DNA of 64,000 bases from an uncultured Bacilli bacterium (GCA_934131005.1 CAKOYV010000007.1:6689-70688); one strand, 5' to 3'; shown: positions 46,791 through 57,641, numbered from the stretch's first letter. Program-made: numbers and translations. The notes: a model not told the origin generated them from the letters alone.

Positions 46791-47864
46791 TTACTCCAAA
46801 TAAAAAGCACTCAAAATCATTCCTATAATACATACATACAAAATATTCTTAAGACTAAATCCTAAGAAGAGAAAAATTATCATAAACAAAATTTTACTAC
46901 CAAAGAAGATAATCTCTTGTAGTATTAAATAACTATCAACACTATTTGCATCTATTTGATATAAATTATTAAGACTAAACATCTCATACAACTTCATCCC
47001 AATTCCTTCTAAAAAAGCAATAAACATAAGCAAATAAATATTATTTATATTAAGTTTCAAAAATATAACTAGTGCTAATAACATATTTATATATTTAAAT
47101 AACGTAAGTTTAAGTCTCTTTCCCACTACCATCATCACCATAACACTAGCAATTAAAATAACAATATTAAACCATCCTACATAACTAATACTCCCCTTAA
47201 CATAAACATATAAATATAGTGGCTGAAGTTCCATTAAAATAACTTTAAATTGCTCTAACACACTATAAACAATTTTCCTCCATCCAATCGAAACACCTTT
47301 TAAATTTATCTTCTCCCTAGAAATATTTGTAAGCTTAAATACAGGAAAAATAGATATAAATGATAATAAAACCATAATAATTCCTATAACATATGAAGAA
47401 CATTTTTTCAAAATAACAATTCCCAAAATATTAGCAACAAAACAAGCCATATAAATAACAAAAAGTAAATAACTAATCTTTTTATTATTATAATTCTGAA
47501 CTTTAAGTGCCAAATAATGCCTAATAGCATGATAAGAATAACTACCAATAGAAAGCATTATGGCAAGAATAAAAAGATTAGGTATACCATAAGGCATAAC
47601 CATCAAATAAAAATAACTTCCTCCATAAAACAAATTAGAAATAATTAAGGAAATTTTATAATTAAAAAGAAGTGAAAAGTAATTAACAATCACTCCCATC
47701 CCGTACATAACAGTCATAAAAAATAATATTTCTTTAACATCATATCCCTTTTTATATAAAAGAATACATGAAAATACTGCCACTATATTTCTAACAAAAG
47801 TAGAAATAAATAAAAACAAATAATAATTAATAAGATTACTATTATGCCCACTTCCAACCTTCAT
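46791..47864 (-). CDS. Polytopic integral membrane protein (about 10 TM), function unknown
   Basis: 357 aa, almost entirely hydrophobic helices. Confidence 0.45.
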   Translation of the reverse strand: MKVGSGHNSNLINYYLFLFISTFVRNIVAVFSCILLYKKGYDVKEILFFMTVMYGMGVIVNYFSLLFNYKISLIISNLFYGGSYFYLMVMPYGIPNLFILAIMLSIGSYSYHAIRHYLALKVQNYNNKKISYLLFVIYMACFVANILGIVILKKCSSYVIGIIMVLLSFISIFPVFKLTNISREKINLKGVSIGWRKIVYSVLEQFKVILMELQPLYLYVYVKGSISYVGWFNIVILIASVMVMMVVGKRLKLTLFKYINMLLALVIFLKLNINNIYLLMFIAFLEGIGMKLYEMFSLNNLYQIDANSVDSYLILQEIIFFGSKILFMIIFLFLGFSLKNILYVCIIGMILSAFYLE

Positions 47865-47990
47865 ATTATCACCATTATTAATATTAACTATTACTTATTA
47901 TTTATAACTAATTAATAAAAATTACCAAAAAACTAAAGAATTGTCAAAAAATATTAAATTAAAATAAAGACTAAAAAAATTTAAAATATC

Positions 47991-48617
47991 TTAAACATAA
48001 ATGCTAATAATAATTTTCAAAATATTTGGAAAAAAATACACTTCCAAGAATGATGAAATAAAACTAATAATAATACTAAAAGAAAGAATAATTAAATAAC
48101 GTTTTAACATAAGTCTATTATTCCCCTTTTTACTAACAATAACTCTAAGCAAATTATACGCAAACATAATACTATAAATCGTTAAAACGCCTACAACTAA
48201 AACATTAAAAACCTGAACTGGAAACACATACAAAAACACAACAGGCAATGCCTTATAATTATAAACTAAAATTAAAGATGCAACGCTAAAGCCTACAATA
48301 AAGCCTTTAATATAGGTAAGAAAAATATTTACTACAATTCCAATTATTGAAAACCCAAGCAGCCAAATAAGACCTACAAATATATAATTAATAATCAAAC
48401 TATTTTTAAAAGCTAGTCCACTATTTATAGTATTTTTATTTATACTACCAATAAAACCTTCTATTTGTTTAACAGTACTAGCCCTATCAGTATTATTTAA
48501 ACTCATCAAAAATATTGCCCCTGTTACAATTCCTAGTCCCAAAATAGCCACAACAAAATAATTTAATTTCTTATTAGGTAAAATAATATCACTAAGCTTC
48601 ATCTTTTTCTTCTTCAT
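47991..48617 (-). CDS. SpoIIM-like (stage II sporulation protein M / DUF95) membrane protein
   Basis: About 208 aa from MKKKKMKLSDI. Multi-TM with the SpoIIM-like arrangement. The track's upstream extension (to 48770) uses a non-ATG start and overlaps the divergent gene. Confidence 0.45.
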   Translation of the reverse strand: MKKKKMKLSDIILPNKKLNYFVVAILGLGIVTGAIFLMSLNNTDRASTVKQIEGFIGSINKNTINSGLAFKNSLIINYIFVGLIWLLGFSIIGIVVNIFLTYIKGFIVGFSVASLILVYNYKALPVVFLYVFPVQVFNVLVVGVLTIYSIMFAYNLLRVIVSKKGNNRLMLKRYLIILSFSIIISFISSFLEVYFFPNILKIIISIYV

Positions 48618-48696
48618 ATCATCACCACTTAAATATACTACCAAGACCTTGTTTTTATACCTAAAATTTTGTATAATTAAAAAGAAGAGGTGAAGT

Positions 48697-48963
48697 ATGA
48701 GTACAAAATATAAAAAAAGATCAAAGAAAAAAGAAGAAGTAACTAACGAAGAAGAAAATACTATTAGCAAAAAAGAACTATATGATTTAAAACAAAAAGA
48801 AAAAAAAGAAAAGCGCCAGAAAGAAATGGCTCATAAAAAAACTAATAAAAAAAAGAGCAAAAAAACTTATAGCACTAACTTAGGCGCTAAAATATTTGCA
48901 ATTATCATGCTTGTACTAATGTTAGGTTCAATTATATCAGCTATTAGTTATGCTTTTAGATAA
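48697..48963 (+). CDS. Small highly basic tail-anchored protein (88 aa)
   Basis: RBS AAGAAGAGGTG. Lys-rich (about 40% K/R/E) N-terminal 60 aa, then a single C-terminal TM IFAIIMLVLMLGSIISAI. Followed by a hairpin. Confidence 0.45.
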   Translation: MSTKYKKRSKKKEEVTNEEENTISKKELYDLKQKEKKEKRQKEMAHKKTNKKKSKKTYSTNLGAKIFAIIMLVLMLGSIISAISYAFR

Positions 48964-48995
48964 AAACTTAAGAGCCCTTAAAGCTCTTTTTCTTT
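48964..48995. terminator. Candidate bidirectional intrinsic terminator
   Basis: AAGAGCCCTTAAAGCTCTT hairpin followed by TTTCTTT. Confidence 0.4.
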
Positions 48996-49114
48996 ATTAA
49001 AAACATACATTATTAATTAATTAAAACCTAAAATAAAGTATTTTTATCAAAAAATATTAATAATTAAAAAGCTTATCAATATCATGACACAAGTCACAAT
49101 AAAGATAAGTTTTT

Positions 49115-49807
49115 TTATAATAAAGCATAAAGAATTATTAAAGAAATAACCGCCACAATTACTCCTAACAAAACATAAGAAACAAAACCAGGTTCTCTTG
49201 ATGATACAGAAGAATTACTATTACCTGTACTTTGAACATTAATATCACTAGTATTATCTAAAACATCATTTGCAATAGCACTCTTTACATCATCTAAAAC
49301 AGGTGCCATAGTCGCTGTATTATCAAATTTATTAACTGGTGCATTATAATAATCAACTAACTCTACTCTACCATCATACTTTAAAACAAACCAATCATTA
49401 AAAGCATGATAAGCATCATTAGCATTCAACTTAATCTTATTATCTACCTCTAAATTATTACTAGTCAAAAAATTATAAGCCGAATTTATCAAAAATCCCA
49501 TAATATTATCCATATATTCAAATACTTTTTCATCATTATTAAGTTTTAACTGTTCTAATAAATTACTATCTAAAATAGGCATAACAACAGCAACATCAGC
49601 AAAATTAAATTTATTATAAACCTCACTAACACGACTAGTTAATTCTGTCATATTATTATCCATACTAATACTACTAGAATCATTAACTAAATTAAGGACT
49701 ATACTAGCCTTACCACTACTAGGTAAACATATATAAAAAGGAACACTTTTATTATTAATCAAATAAACATTTTTATTATTAATATTAGCAACCAACGTCT
49801 GATTCAT
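49115..49807 (-). CDS. Hypothetical protein with C-terminal TM anchor (230 aa)
   Basis: Long ORF. C-terminal FVSYVLLGVIVAVISLIILYALL. Confidence 0.45.
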   Translation of the reverse strand: MNQTLVANINNKNVYLINNKSVPFYICLPSSGKASIVLNLVNDSSSISMDNNMTELTSRVSEVYNKFNFADVAVVMPILDSNLLEQLKLNNDEKVFEYMDNIMGFLINSAYNFLTSNNLEVDNKIKLNANDAYHAFNDWFVLKYDGRVELVDYYNAPVNKFDNTATMAPVLDDVKSAIANDVLDNTSDINVQSTGNSNSSVSSREPGFVSYVLLGVIVAVISLIILYALL

Positions 49808-49892
49808 ATTATCATCCCTCTACAATCTCTCTACTATGTCTTAATTATAGCAAAAAAAAAATAACTTGTCATTATTTTTTGTTATTTTTTTA

Positions 49893-50363
49893 TTATTTTT
49901 CTAGCTTTTCTTTAAGTAAATCCCTTATTTCTTCAAGAAGCACTTCCTCATGACTAGTCTTTTTTTCATCCTTATCTTCTTTTTTAGTATACACAAATAA
50001 TTTATTCATAAATTTAACCAACAAGAAAACGATAAAAGCCATAATCATAAAGTTAATCACATCTGTCAAAAAAGCTCCATATTTAAGACTCAACTTTCCT
50101 ATTTTTAAAATATGTGCTGAAAAATCAACTTCTGTAAAACACCCCAAAATAGGAGAGATAATATTATTAGTAAACGAAGTTACTAAATTTTGAAAAGAAG
50201 CTCCAATTATAACTCCCACAGATAATTCCATAACATTACCACGAGCTATAAAATTTTTAAATTCTAAAGCAATTGGAATTTTTTTTACTTTTTTTAAACC
50301 ATCTGCCCCGATAGTAGCAGCAGTCTCCATCTTTTCTCTAACTTCATCTAAATTCTTTTTCAT
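49893..50363 (-). CDS. mscL: Large-conductance mechanosensitive channel
   Basis: EFKNFIARGNVMELSVGVIIGASF is the MscL signature. A second TM and charged C-terminal helix follow. The N-terminus is about 25 aa longer than typical. Confidence 0.8.
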   Translation of the reverse strand: MKKNLDEVREKMETAATIGADGLKKVKKIPIALEFKNFIARGNVMELSVGVIIGASFQNLVTSFTNNIISPILGCFTEVDFSAHILKIGKLSLKYGAFLTDVINFMIMAFIVFLLVKFMNKLFVYTKKEDKDEKKTSHEEVLLEEIRDLLKEKLEK

Positions 50364-50374
50364 CTAAAATACTC

Positions 50375-52348
50375 CTATATAATATTTTTAATTCTCATAA
50401 CTAAACTTTGAATATCTAATTCAAATTCTTTTAAAACATCTTCTTCATTACCAGAACTACCAAAATCACGAACACCTATAAATTCATCATCACTCTCTAA
50501 CAATTGATACCAACTAGGATCATTTGAAAATTCTAGAACAACTTTTCTATATCCACGTGGCAACACTTCATTACGATAATCTTCATCTTGATTCAAGAAA
50601 TTAGCTAAATTGGGCACTGTTACAACCCTAGCCTCTATATAACTTTTTAACAATTCTTCCTTCAAGTTCATTGCATACTCAACTTCAGACCCACTAGCAA
50701 TCAAAATAACATCCAAACTTTTCTTAACTTCACTTATAATATAAGCTCCATACTCAATTCCAGCTGGATTAGTAAATTCTAAAGTCTCAACATGACCTCT
50801 AGGCAAAACTAAAGCACATGGTCTAGCCTGCTCCAAAATAGCATTCCAACAACCGATAAGTTCTTTATAGTCAGCTGGACGATAAACATCAAAATTAGGA
50901 ATAGTACGCAAAGCTGCCAATTGCTCAACTGGCTCATGAGTAGGTCCATCCTGTCCTACCAAAATACTATCATGCGTAAAAATATAAGTAACTGGCAACT
51001 TCATCATTGCACTCATTCTAATTGCTGGTTTCAAATAATCAGAAAAAGCTAAAAAGCAACTACCAAATACTCGCAAATTAGATAAAGCCATACCATTTAA
51101 AATACATCCCATAGCATGCTCTCTTATCCCAAAAGAAATATTTCTCCCTGAATAGTTATCCATACAAAAATCCTCTTTGCCTTTAAGATAAGTCTTAGTA
51201 CTACTACTAACATCAGCACTTCCACCCATAAAATTAGGAACAAACGCTGCAATAACATTCATAATTTGATAATTAACATCCCTCAAATCTCTATCTGTAA
51301 ATAACTTATCCGTATCAATAACTTTATCAAGTTGTAGTGAAATACTATCATTATTAATAATACTATTCAAAGTATTTACTATTTTCTTATCATGATCCTT
51401 ACAATATTCTTCATAATTTCTATACCAAAGAGCATAATTACCATCTACTCGTTCACGAATAACTTGCCTATAAGCAGATACATTAGCCGTATCATAATCC
51501 CATTTATTAGGATTACCAAATTCTTCTTTCATCTCTAAATAATCATCTTGCTCTAACTTACCATGTATCTTATTAGTTCCCTCATACTTAGAATATATAC
51601 CAATAGTAGTATTAACAACAATAAGAGCCGGACCATTAGCTCGACTAGCAGCTTTAATAGCCTTACTTATCTCCTTAACGGACTCTCCCTTCTTAACATA
51701 ATATACATCCCAACCTAAATCACTATACATAGCCGCTACATTATCCGAATAACCATCCTCAAGCTCTCCATCTAGGGTAACTCCATTAGAATCATATAGA
51801 ACAATCAAATTATCTAAACCAAATTTTGCCGCAACACTAGCAGCCTCATAACTAACCCCCTCCATAAGATCTCCATCAGAGACCAAAGCATAAACATAAT
51901 AATCAAATAAGCTAGTTTTTTTATCACTATAAGTATTATCTAAATACTTAGCTGCCAACGCCATCCCAACCGAAGTAGCTATACCTTGCCCTAAAGGCCC
52001 AGTACTACAATCAATTCTATAATCAAGATTATATTCAGGATGCCCAGGAGTATGAGAATATAAGTTACGAAAATTCTTTAAATCATTTATATTATAATCA
52101 TTTTCATTAATACAAAACATCAAAGCATATAACAAAGAAGAGCCATGACCTGCCGACATTACAAATCTATCTCTACCACACCAATCTTTCTTATTTATAT
52201 CAAAGTTCATGTGATATGTAAATAAAGTATAAAGAATAGGAGCCGCTCCAAGAGCAATTCCAGGATGCCCACTACCTGCCTCATTAATCATATCAAGAGC
52301 CAAGCTTCTAATATCATTTATCATTTGTTTATCGTTTACTTTTGCCAT
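50375..52348 (-). CDS. tkt: Transketolase
   Basis: 657 aa. GSGHPG, GHGS, thiamine-diphosphate motif GDGDLMEG, and the C-terminal transketolase domain. Confidence 0.85.
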   Translation of the reverse strand: MAKVNDKQMINDIRSLALDMINEAGSGHPGIALGAAPILYTLFTYHMNFDINKKDWCGRDRFVMSAGHGSSLLYALMFCINENDYNINDLKNFRNLYSHTPGHPEYNLDYRIDCSTGPLGQGIATSVGMALAAKYLDNTYSDKKTSLFDYYVYALVSDGDLMEGVSYEAASVAAKFGLDNLIVLYDSNGVTLDGELEDGYSDNVAAMYSDLGWDVYYVKKGESVKEISKAIKAASRANGPALIVVNTTIGIYSKYEGTNKIHGKLEQDDYLEMKEEFGNPNKWDYDTANVSAYRQVIRERVDGNYALWYRNYEEYCKDHDKKIVNTLNSIINNDSISLQLDKVIDTDKLFTDRDLRDVNYQIMNVIAAFVPNFMGGSADVSSSTKTYLKGKEDFCMDNYSGRNISFGIREHAMGCILNGMALSNLRVFGSCFLAFSDYLKPAIRMSAMMKLPVTYIFTHDSILVGQDGPTHEPVEQLAALRTIPNFDVYRPADYKELIGCWNAILEQARPCALVLPRGHVETLEFTNPAGIEYGAYIISEVKKSLDVILIASGSEVEYAMNLKEELLKSYIEARVVTVPNLANFLNQDEDYRNEVLPRGYRKVVLEFSNDPSWYQLLESDDEFIGVRDFGSSGNEEDVLKEFELDIQSLVMRIKNII

Positions 52349-52657
52349 TTTATCCCTACTTTCACTACCAAAATTATATCATAAATAAAAAGAAATATAA
52401 ACAAAATTATTCATATTTCTTCCTTTTTTGACTTTTTATGTTAATTAACAAAATAAGACTATTTCATTCAGCCACTTATTAATTTAACTAAATTATTTCT
52501 AACTAGAATTATAAGTAATTAGTTTATTTCCACTCCATTTTATTAACAAACACCAAAATATAATTATCACTACCAAGCTTACTACTTAAAATTCTAATTT
52601 CAAAGACAATGGCTTATCATAAGTATTTGACATATACATAACTTATCTAAGCTTTCT

Positions 52658-55066
52658 CTATCTATCATTTTTAAATTTTTCATTAATAGTCCTTTTTCTA
52701 ACAAAAGGTTTCTTCGTTACTACTTCTATTGACTGATCAATATGATTAATAAAATTCTCCCTATATAAAAACAACACCTTTTTAATAATTTCTTCAATCT
52801 CACTCTCATCAATTTCCAAAAATTTTGAAATAGACTCATTTCTATAATATTTACCATCAATATATCCAAATTTCAAGGCAACAATTACTTGTTCTTTTTC
52901 AGATAAACTCATCTTTATTTCTTCCAAAATCTGTGTTTTAAAAAATTCTAAAGAATCCATTTCTTCTTTTAACAAAATATCATTATTATCTTTATTTGGT
53001 TCTATAGACACTTCTGTCTTATCCTTATTTACCTTTTCTTCTATAGACACTTCTGCTTTTTCATCATTCACCTTTTTATTACCCCCTACTTTATTTTCAG
53101 TCTTTCTAACAATCTCAGAACTTACTACCATTTCTTCATTAATTACCTCAGGAGAATTAGATAATTCTTGTTTAGCAACTACATTATCAATAATATTGTC
53201 TTGCCTTTTTTTATTATCCTTATCTAATTTTCTCACAACTTCTTCATTTTCATCTTCAAAATTCAATCTTAAACTAATTAGCATTTTTTTCATTTTTAAA
53301 AGTGAAGAACTATAAAGCTTATCTCTTTGTTTTTTAGTCATTTCTGAAATTACAGGATTATCTAAGTCATCTCCATATCTGAGTCTAATTAAATTTTTAT
53401 CTTCATTAGGTAAATTAGCAATTACCGCATCTATTTCTTCCTTCTCATAATTACTAAATAACTCATAAATTGATTGAGATGATTTTCCGCCATTTTTTAT
53501 ACCTTTTTCTTGTAATTCATCATTTTTATCATCTTTCATGTTCACATTTATTTTAAAGAGTTTCGAAGATTCATTTGGATTCTCCTTAAATTTCTTTAAT
53601 TTTTCTAACGTTTCAACCGGATCTTGCATATAATCAGCAAAATATTCAATATAATCAGATTCTCTTATTTTCTTTAAAGCTGCTTCTTCATTTTGTCTAA
53701 TTCTTTCTCTACCAACACCATATTTTTCACCAATTTTTGCAAGAGACAAAGATTCTTTACCATCAAGCCCAAACCTCATCTTCAAAACTTCTAACTCTCT
53801 TTTCGTTAAATTACATTTATGAAGCAATTCATCTATCAAAGATGGTAAAACATTAGAAATAGCAGTATCTTCAACAGCCTCATCATCTGCTGCAATAAAA
53901 TTAGATAATTCTGTTTTTTTATCATCATCACCATTAACTATAGCATCTAAACTTGTCGTATAATTTTGATACTTATTAAACTCATTCACTTCTTCAAAAG
54001 TAAGACCAGTTTCCTGAACTATTTCATTTATAGAAAGTTCTCTACCTAATTTTAATTCCAATTTCTTTAAAATTTTTCTATAAAATGAAAGTTGTTCACA
54101 CATATGAACTGGAATTCTAATAGTTTTTCCCTTATCATCTATTGCTCTAATCATCTTCTGTTTTATCCAATGATACGCATAAGTTGCAAATGTTGTTCCA
54201 CAACTCAAATCATATTTTGATACAGCTATCATCAGGCCAATATTTCCTTCCTGAATTAAATCCAAAAAATCAACACCATGATTAACATATTTTTTTGCCA
54301 TACTAACAACTAATCTTAAATTTCGCTCAATAAGTAATTGCTTTGCCACCTCATCCCCCTTCGACACTCTTAAAAACAAATTTTTTGTTTCTGAAGCAGA
54401 AAGTAATGGCCTTCTCCTAATTTCATTCAAATACATTCTAACATTATCTGGTAAATTCAAATTTTTATTTATATCTTCATATTTTATAGCATCATAAAAT
54501 TCTTTTATTTCAATATTATTAACTATACAATAATCTTCAATCATCAATATTAATAAATCACTATCAAAAACATCGTCTAAATTTCCCTTTTCAATTTCTT
54601 CCCTATATTTTTGGACAATTATTCTCAAATTTCCCGAAATAATATCATTTTTACCAACTAATTCTAGTAACACTGAAAATGGTGAAATACACTTATATTT
54701 ATCAAAAAAAGAAGATAACTTTTCTAGTTCTTTAATTGCCATATCACTATTTTTAACATTAGATTTTAAATTCTTATCTATATAATTATTCAAACTAGCA
54801 ATTACCTTTGTAGAATCTTTAAAATATAACTTAATATATTCTTCTGTCATCCCCAAAAGTCGATTTTGAAAATATTCATCAAAAGATACATCTCCAATAT
54901 AAAGTTTTTTAGATTTATCAATCTCACTTAAACACAAATTATAAAAATAATCTTCATTAATATCTATATCAGAAATATTTTTATAAAGTGAATCAATATA
55001 AAATGTTAACTTTTTAAATATTTTCATCGAATCCATATTTTGAATTTTTTCATAATCAAATGTCAT
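52658..55066 (-). CDS. SigA/RpoD-like sigma-70 factor (regions 1.2-4.2 within residues ~210-480) with an additional ~320-aa C-terminal extension of sigma-region-4-like modules
   Basis: NLRLVVSMAKKYVNHGVDFLDLIQEGNIGLMIAVSKYD (region 2), TIRIPVHM (2.4/3.0), LTKRELEVLKMRFGLDGKESLSLAKIGEKYGVGRERIRQNEEAALKKIR (4.2). After that: YELFSNYEKEEIDAVIANLPNEDKNLIRLRYGDDLDNP and LSEKEQVIVALKFGYIDGKYYRNESISKFLEIDESEIEEII, both homologous to the three downstream ORFs. Confidence 0.7.
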   Translation of the reverse strand: MTFDYEKIQNMDSMKIFKKLTFYIDSLYKNISDIDINEDYFYNLCLSEIDKSKKLYIGDVSFDEYFQNRLLGMTEEYIKLYFKDSTKVIASLNNYIDKNLKSNVKNSDMAIKELEKLSSFFDKYKCISPFSVLLELVGKNDIISGNLRIIVQKYREEIEKGNLDDVFDSDLLILMIEDYCIVNNIEIKEFYDAIKYEDINKNLNLPDNVRMYLNEIRRRPLLSASETKNLFLRVSKGDEVAKQLLIERNLRLVVSMAKKYVNHGVDFLDLIQEGNIGLMIAVSKYDLSCGTTFATYAYHWIKQKMIRAIDDKGKTIRIPVHMCEQLSFYRKILKKLELKLGRELSINEIVQETGLTFEEVNEFNKYQNYTTSLDAIVNGDDDKKTELSNFIAADDEAVEDTAISNVLPSLIDELLHKCNLTKRELEVLKMRFGLDGKESLSLAKIGEKYGVGRERIRQNEEAALKKIRESDYIEYFADYMQDPVETLEKLKKFKENPNESSKLFKINVNMKDDKNDELQEKGIKNGGKSSQSIYELFSNYEKEEIDAVIANLPNEDKNLIRLRYGDDLDNPVISEMTKKQRDKLYSSSLLKMKKMLISLRLNFEDENEEVVRKLDKDNKKRQDNIIDNVVAKQELSNSPEVINEEMVVSSEIVRKTENKVGGNKKVNDEKAEVSIEEKVNKDKTEVSIEPNKDNNDILLKEEMDSLEFFKTQILEEIKMSLSEKEQVIVALKFGYIDGKYYRNESISKFLEIDESEIEEIIKKVLFLYRENFINHIDQSIEVVTKKPFVRKRTINEKFKNDR

Positions 55067-55109
55067 ATAGAAACACCTCCATATTACTACAAATTTATTT
55101 TATGTTTTT

Positions 55110-55832
55110 CTATTTTCTCTTCAAAGTTTTCTTTGTTATTATCTCTATCGCTTGATCAATTTGATTAATAGAATTTTCTCTATATAACAATAATACTTTT
55201 TCAATAATTTCTTCAACTTCAGTCTCATCAATCCCAAAAAACTTTGCAATATCATCATTTCTATAATATTTCCCATCAATAAATCCAAATTTTAACAAAA
55301 TAATTACTCTCTCTTTTTCAGATAACCCCATTTTTATACCTTCCAATATTGGTGTTTTAAAAAAGCCTAGGGAATTTAATTCATCTAATTTTGAAAAAGC
55401 CTTATTATCTTTCTTTGCTACATTTGTTATACTTACTATTTCATTATCTTCTTCTATATATGTATCAGAATTTATTACCTCTTCAGTATCACTTTTTATC
55501 TCTTCTGAAATAGATAAATTTTGTAAATCTACTACATTATCTATAACATTATCTTCACTTTTTTCAATACTTTTATTTAAATTTTCCTTTTCTAACTGAG
55601 ATTTATTATTTAAATTGAATAACCTTCTTTTCATTTTGGGAATTAAAGTATAATAAAATCTATTATATTGTTTTTTAGTAAGTTTTACTGATACAGGATT
55701 ATCTAAGTCATCTCCATATCTAATTCTAATTAATTCTTTTTCTTCATTAGATAAAGTAGCAATCACTTCATTTATTTTTTCCTTCTCATAGTCACTGAAT
55801 AGCTCATAAATTGTCTTAAGTTTTCTTCCCAT
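55110..55832 (-). CDS. Sigma-region-4-like module protein, paralog 1 (240 aa)
   Basis: IYELFSDYEKEKINEVIATLSNEEKELIRIRYGDDLDNPV and GLSEKERVIILLKFGFIDGKYYRNDDIAKFFGIDETEVEEII modules. Confidence 0.6.
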   Translation of the reverse strand: MGRKLKTIYELFSDYEKEKINEVIATLSNEEKELIRIRYGDDLDNPVSVKLTKKQYNRFYYTLIPKMKRRLFNLNNKSQLEKENLNKSIEKSEDNVIDNVVDLQNLSISEEIKSDTEEVINSDTYIEEDNEIVSITNVAKKDNKAFSKLDELNSLGFFKTPILEGIKMGLSEKERVIILLKFGFIDGKYYRNDDIAKFFGIDETEVEEIIEKVLLLYRENSINQIDQAIEIITKKTLKRK

Positions 55833-55850
55833 TTTTAAAATCTCCTTCTT

Positions 55851-56465
55851 TTAAATTCTTTCTCTTTTCTTAATCAAAAGTTTCTCTGATGATATTTCTA
55901 CCGAATAATCAATAAGCTCGATAATATTCTCTTCAGATGTTTTTTGAATAATTTTTGCAACATCACTTTCAGCTATATCTTCATTTGCCTTTTCTAGTAA
56001 GCTTTTTACTCTAGGAAGCAAAGAATTATAAAAATTATTTTCTTGCTCTTCAGTTATTTCTAATGACTCAGAATTATCTAAATCCTCACCATACTTAAGT
56101 ATAATCAATTTTTTATCATTATCAGATAAAGTAGCAATCACTGCATCTACTTGTTCCCTTGAATAATCATTAAATAATTCATAAATTGATTCATTACCCG
56201 TTAATTTCCCATACTTTTCTGCTAAGGATTTTATTACCCAAGGAATAAGAAAAATTTCAACTGCACCTATTTCAACATTCGACATTCGCACTCTCTTAAT
56301 CCTAACCAAATCATCTAAACATAAATTTTTCTCTATTTCATTTTCACTACACCAACGATAAATTAAATTTACAACCTTAGGCTCGCACTCAGAAAGCACT
56401 TTATCTATTTGTTCTCCCTTATAGCCACTAAATAATTCATAAATAAAGTTACGTTTTTTAGTCAT
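55851..56465 (-). CDS. Sigma-region-4-like module protein, paralog 2 (204 aa)
   Basis: Two YELF modules (FIYELFSGYKGEQIDKVLSE.. ; IYELFNDYSREQVDAVIATLSDNDKKLIILKYGEDLDN). Confidence 0.6.
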   Translation of the reverse strand: MTKKRNFIYELFSGYKGEQIDKVLSECEPKVVNLIYRWCSENEIEKNLCLDDLVRIKRVRMSNVEIGAVEIFLIPWVIKSLAEKYGKLTGNESIYELFNDYSREQVDAVIATLSDNDKKLIILKYGEDLDNSESLEITEEQENNFYNSLLPRVKSLLEKANEDIAESDVAKIIQKTSEENIIELIDYSVEISSEKLLIKKRERI

Positions 56466-56481
56466 TTTTTATCTCCTTCTT

Positions 56482-57456
56482 TTAAATTCTCTCTTTTTTC
56501 CTAATCAAACGTTTTTCTGTTGATATTTCTATCGAATGATCAATAAGTTTTTTAACATTTTCATCATATACTTTTTGAATAGTTTCTATAATATCACTTT
56601 CCTTTAACTTTAAAATTTTAGCAATATCTTCATTTCTATAATATTTCCCATCAATATATCCAAATTTTAAAGCAATAATTAACTGCTCCCTATCAGATAA
56701 ACTCATACTTATCCCCTCAAGCATAGTCCTTTTTAAAAAATCCATAAAATCTATTTCTTCATTTGCTTTTTCTAGTAATCTTTTTACTCTAGGAAGCAAA
56801 GAATTAGAAAAAATATTTTCTTGCTCTTCAGTCATTTCTAATGATACAGGATTAGCTAAATCATCTCTGTACTTAAGCATAATTAGTTCTCTCTCATTAT
56901 CAGATAAAGTTGCAATCACTGCATCTACTTGCTCTCTTGGATAATCATTAAATAATTCATAAATTGATTTACTCTCCTTTGGTTTTCCATACTTTTTGGC
57001 CAAAGATTCTCTTATCTGAGGAATATAAACTAATTCAACTCTACGTTTACAGTTATCATCCATCCTTACTCTGCGAACCCTAACATAATCTTTTAAACAT
57101 AAATTTTTTTCGATTTCATCTTCACTACACCATAGATAAATTAAATTTACAACCTTAGGCTTGCATTCAGAAAGCACTTCATCTATCTGTTCCTTTTTAT
57201 ACCCATTAAATAATCCATAAATTGATTTATTACCAATTGGTTGACCATACTGTTTTAATAAAGATTCTCTTATTTTAGGAAAAGTATGATTTTTAACTAC
57301 CTTTTTATTAACCCTATTCATCCGAAAATCGCCTTCATTACACCACTCATTAACTAATTTCACCTCCGAAGTCCCCAACTCAGAAAGTACATAATCTATT
57401 TGTTCCTTTTTATACCCACTAAATAATTCATAAATAAAGTCATGTTTTTTAGTCAT
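56482..57456 (-). CDS. Sigma-region-4-like module protein, paralog 3 (about 324 aa)
   Basis: Three YELF modules plus one LSDREQLIIALKFGYIDGKYYRNEDIAKIL module. Likely start MTKKHDF at 57456 with AGGAG RBS; the track extends to 57492. Confidence 0.6.
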   Translation of the reverse strand: MTKKHDFIYELFSGYKKEQIDYVLSELGTSEVKLVNEWCNEGDFRMNRVNKKVVKNHTFPKIRESLLKQYGQPIGNKSIYGLFNGYKKEQIDEVLSECKPKVVNLIYLWCSEDEIEKNLCLKDYVRVRRVRMDDNCKRRVELVYIPQIRESLAKKYGKPKESKSIYELFNDYPREQVDAVIATLSDNERELIMLKYRDDLANPVSLEMTEEQENIFSNSLLPRVKRLLEKANEEIDFMDFLKRTMLEGISMSLSDREQLIIALKFGYIDGKYYRNEDIAKILKLKESDIIETIQKVYDENVKKLIDHSIEISTEKRLIRKKERI

Positions 57457-57605
57457 TTTTTCGCTCCTTCTTTTTTTTCTTTTAAAATACAATTGTATAC
57501 TTCAAAAATAAAGTTAAAACAATCAAGTACTGTCCTATATTTTAGCACTTATTACTTCTTTAGTAAATAATTTAACAGTTTTAGCCCTTCATTTCGCCAC
57601 CAAAT

Positions 57606-57641
57606 TATCCGTATATTAACAAAAAAGAAGACCTTAAAGAT
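57606..57641 (-). terminator. Intrinsic terminator after the 685-aa membrane-protein gene
   Basis: Minus strand: AGAAGATCTTTAAGGTCTTCT hairpin followed by TTTTTTGTT. Confidence 0.5.
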
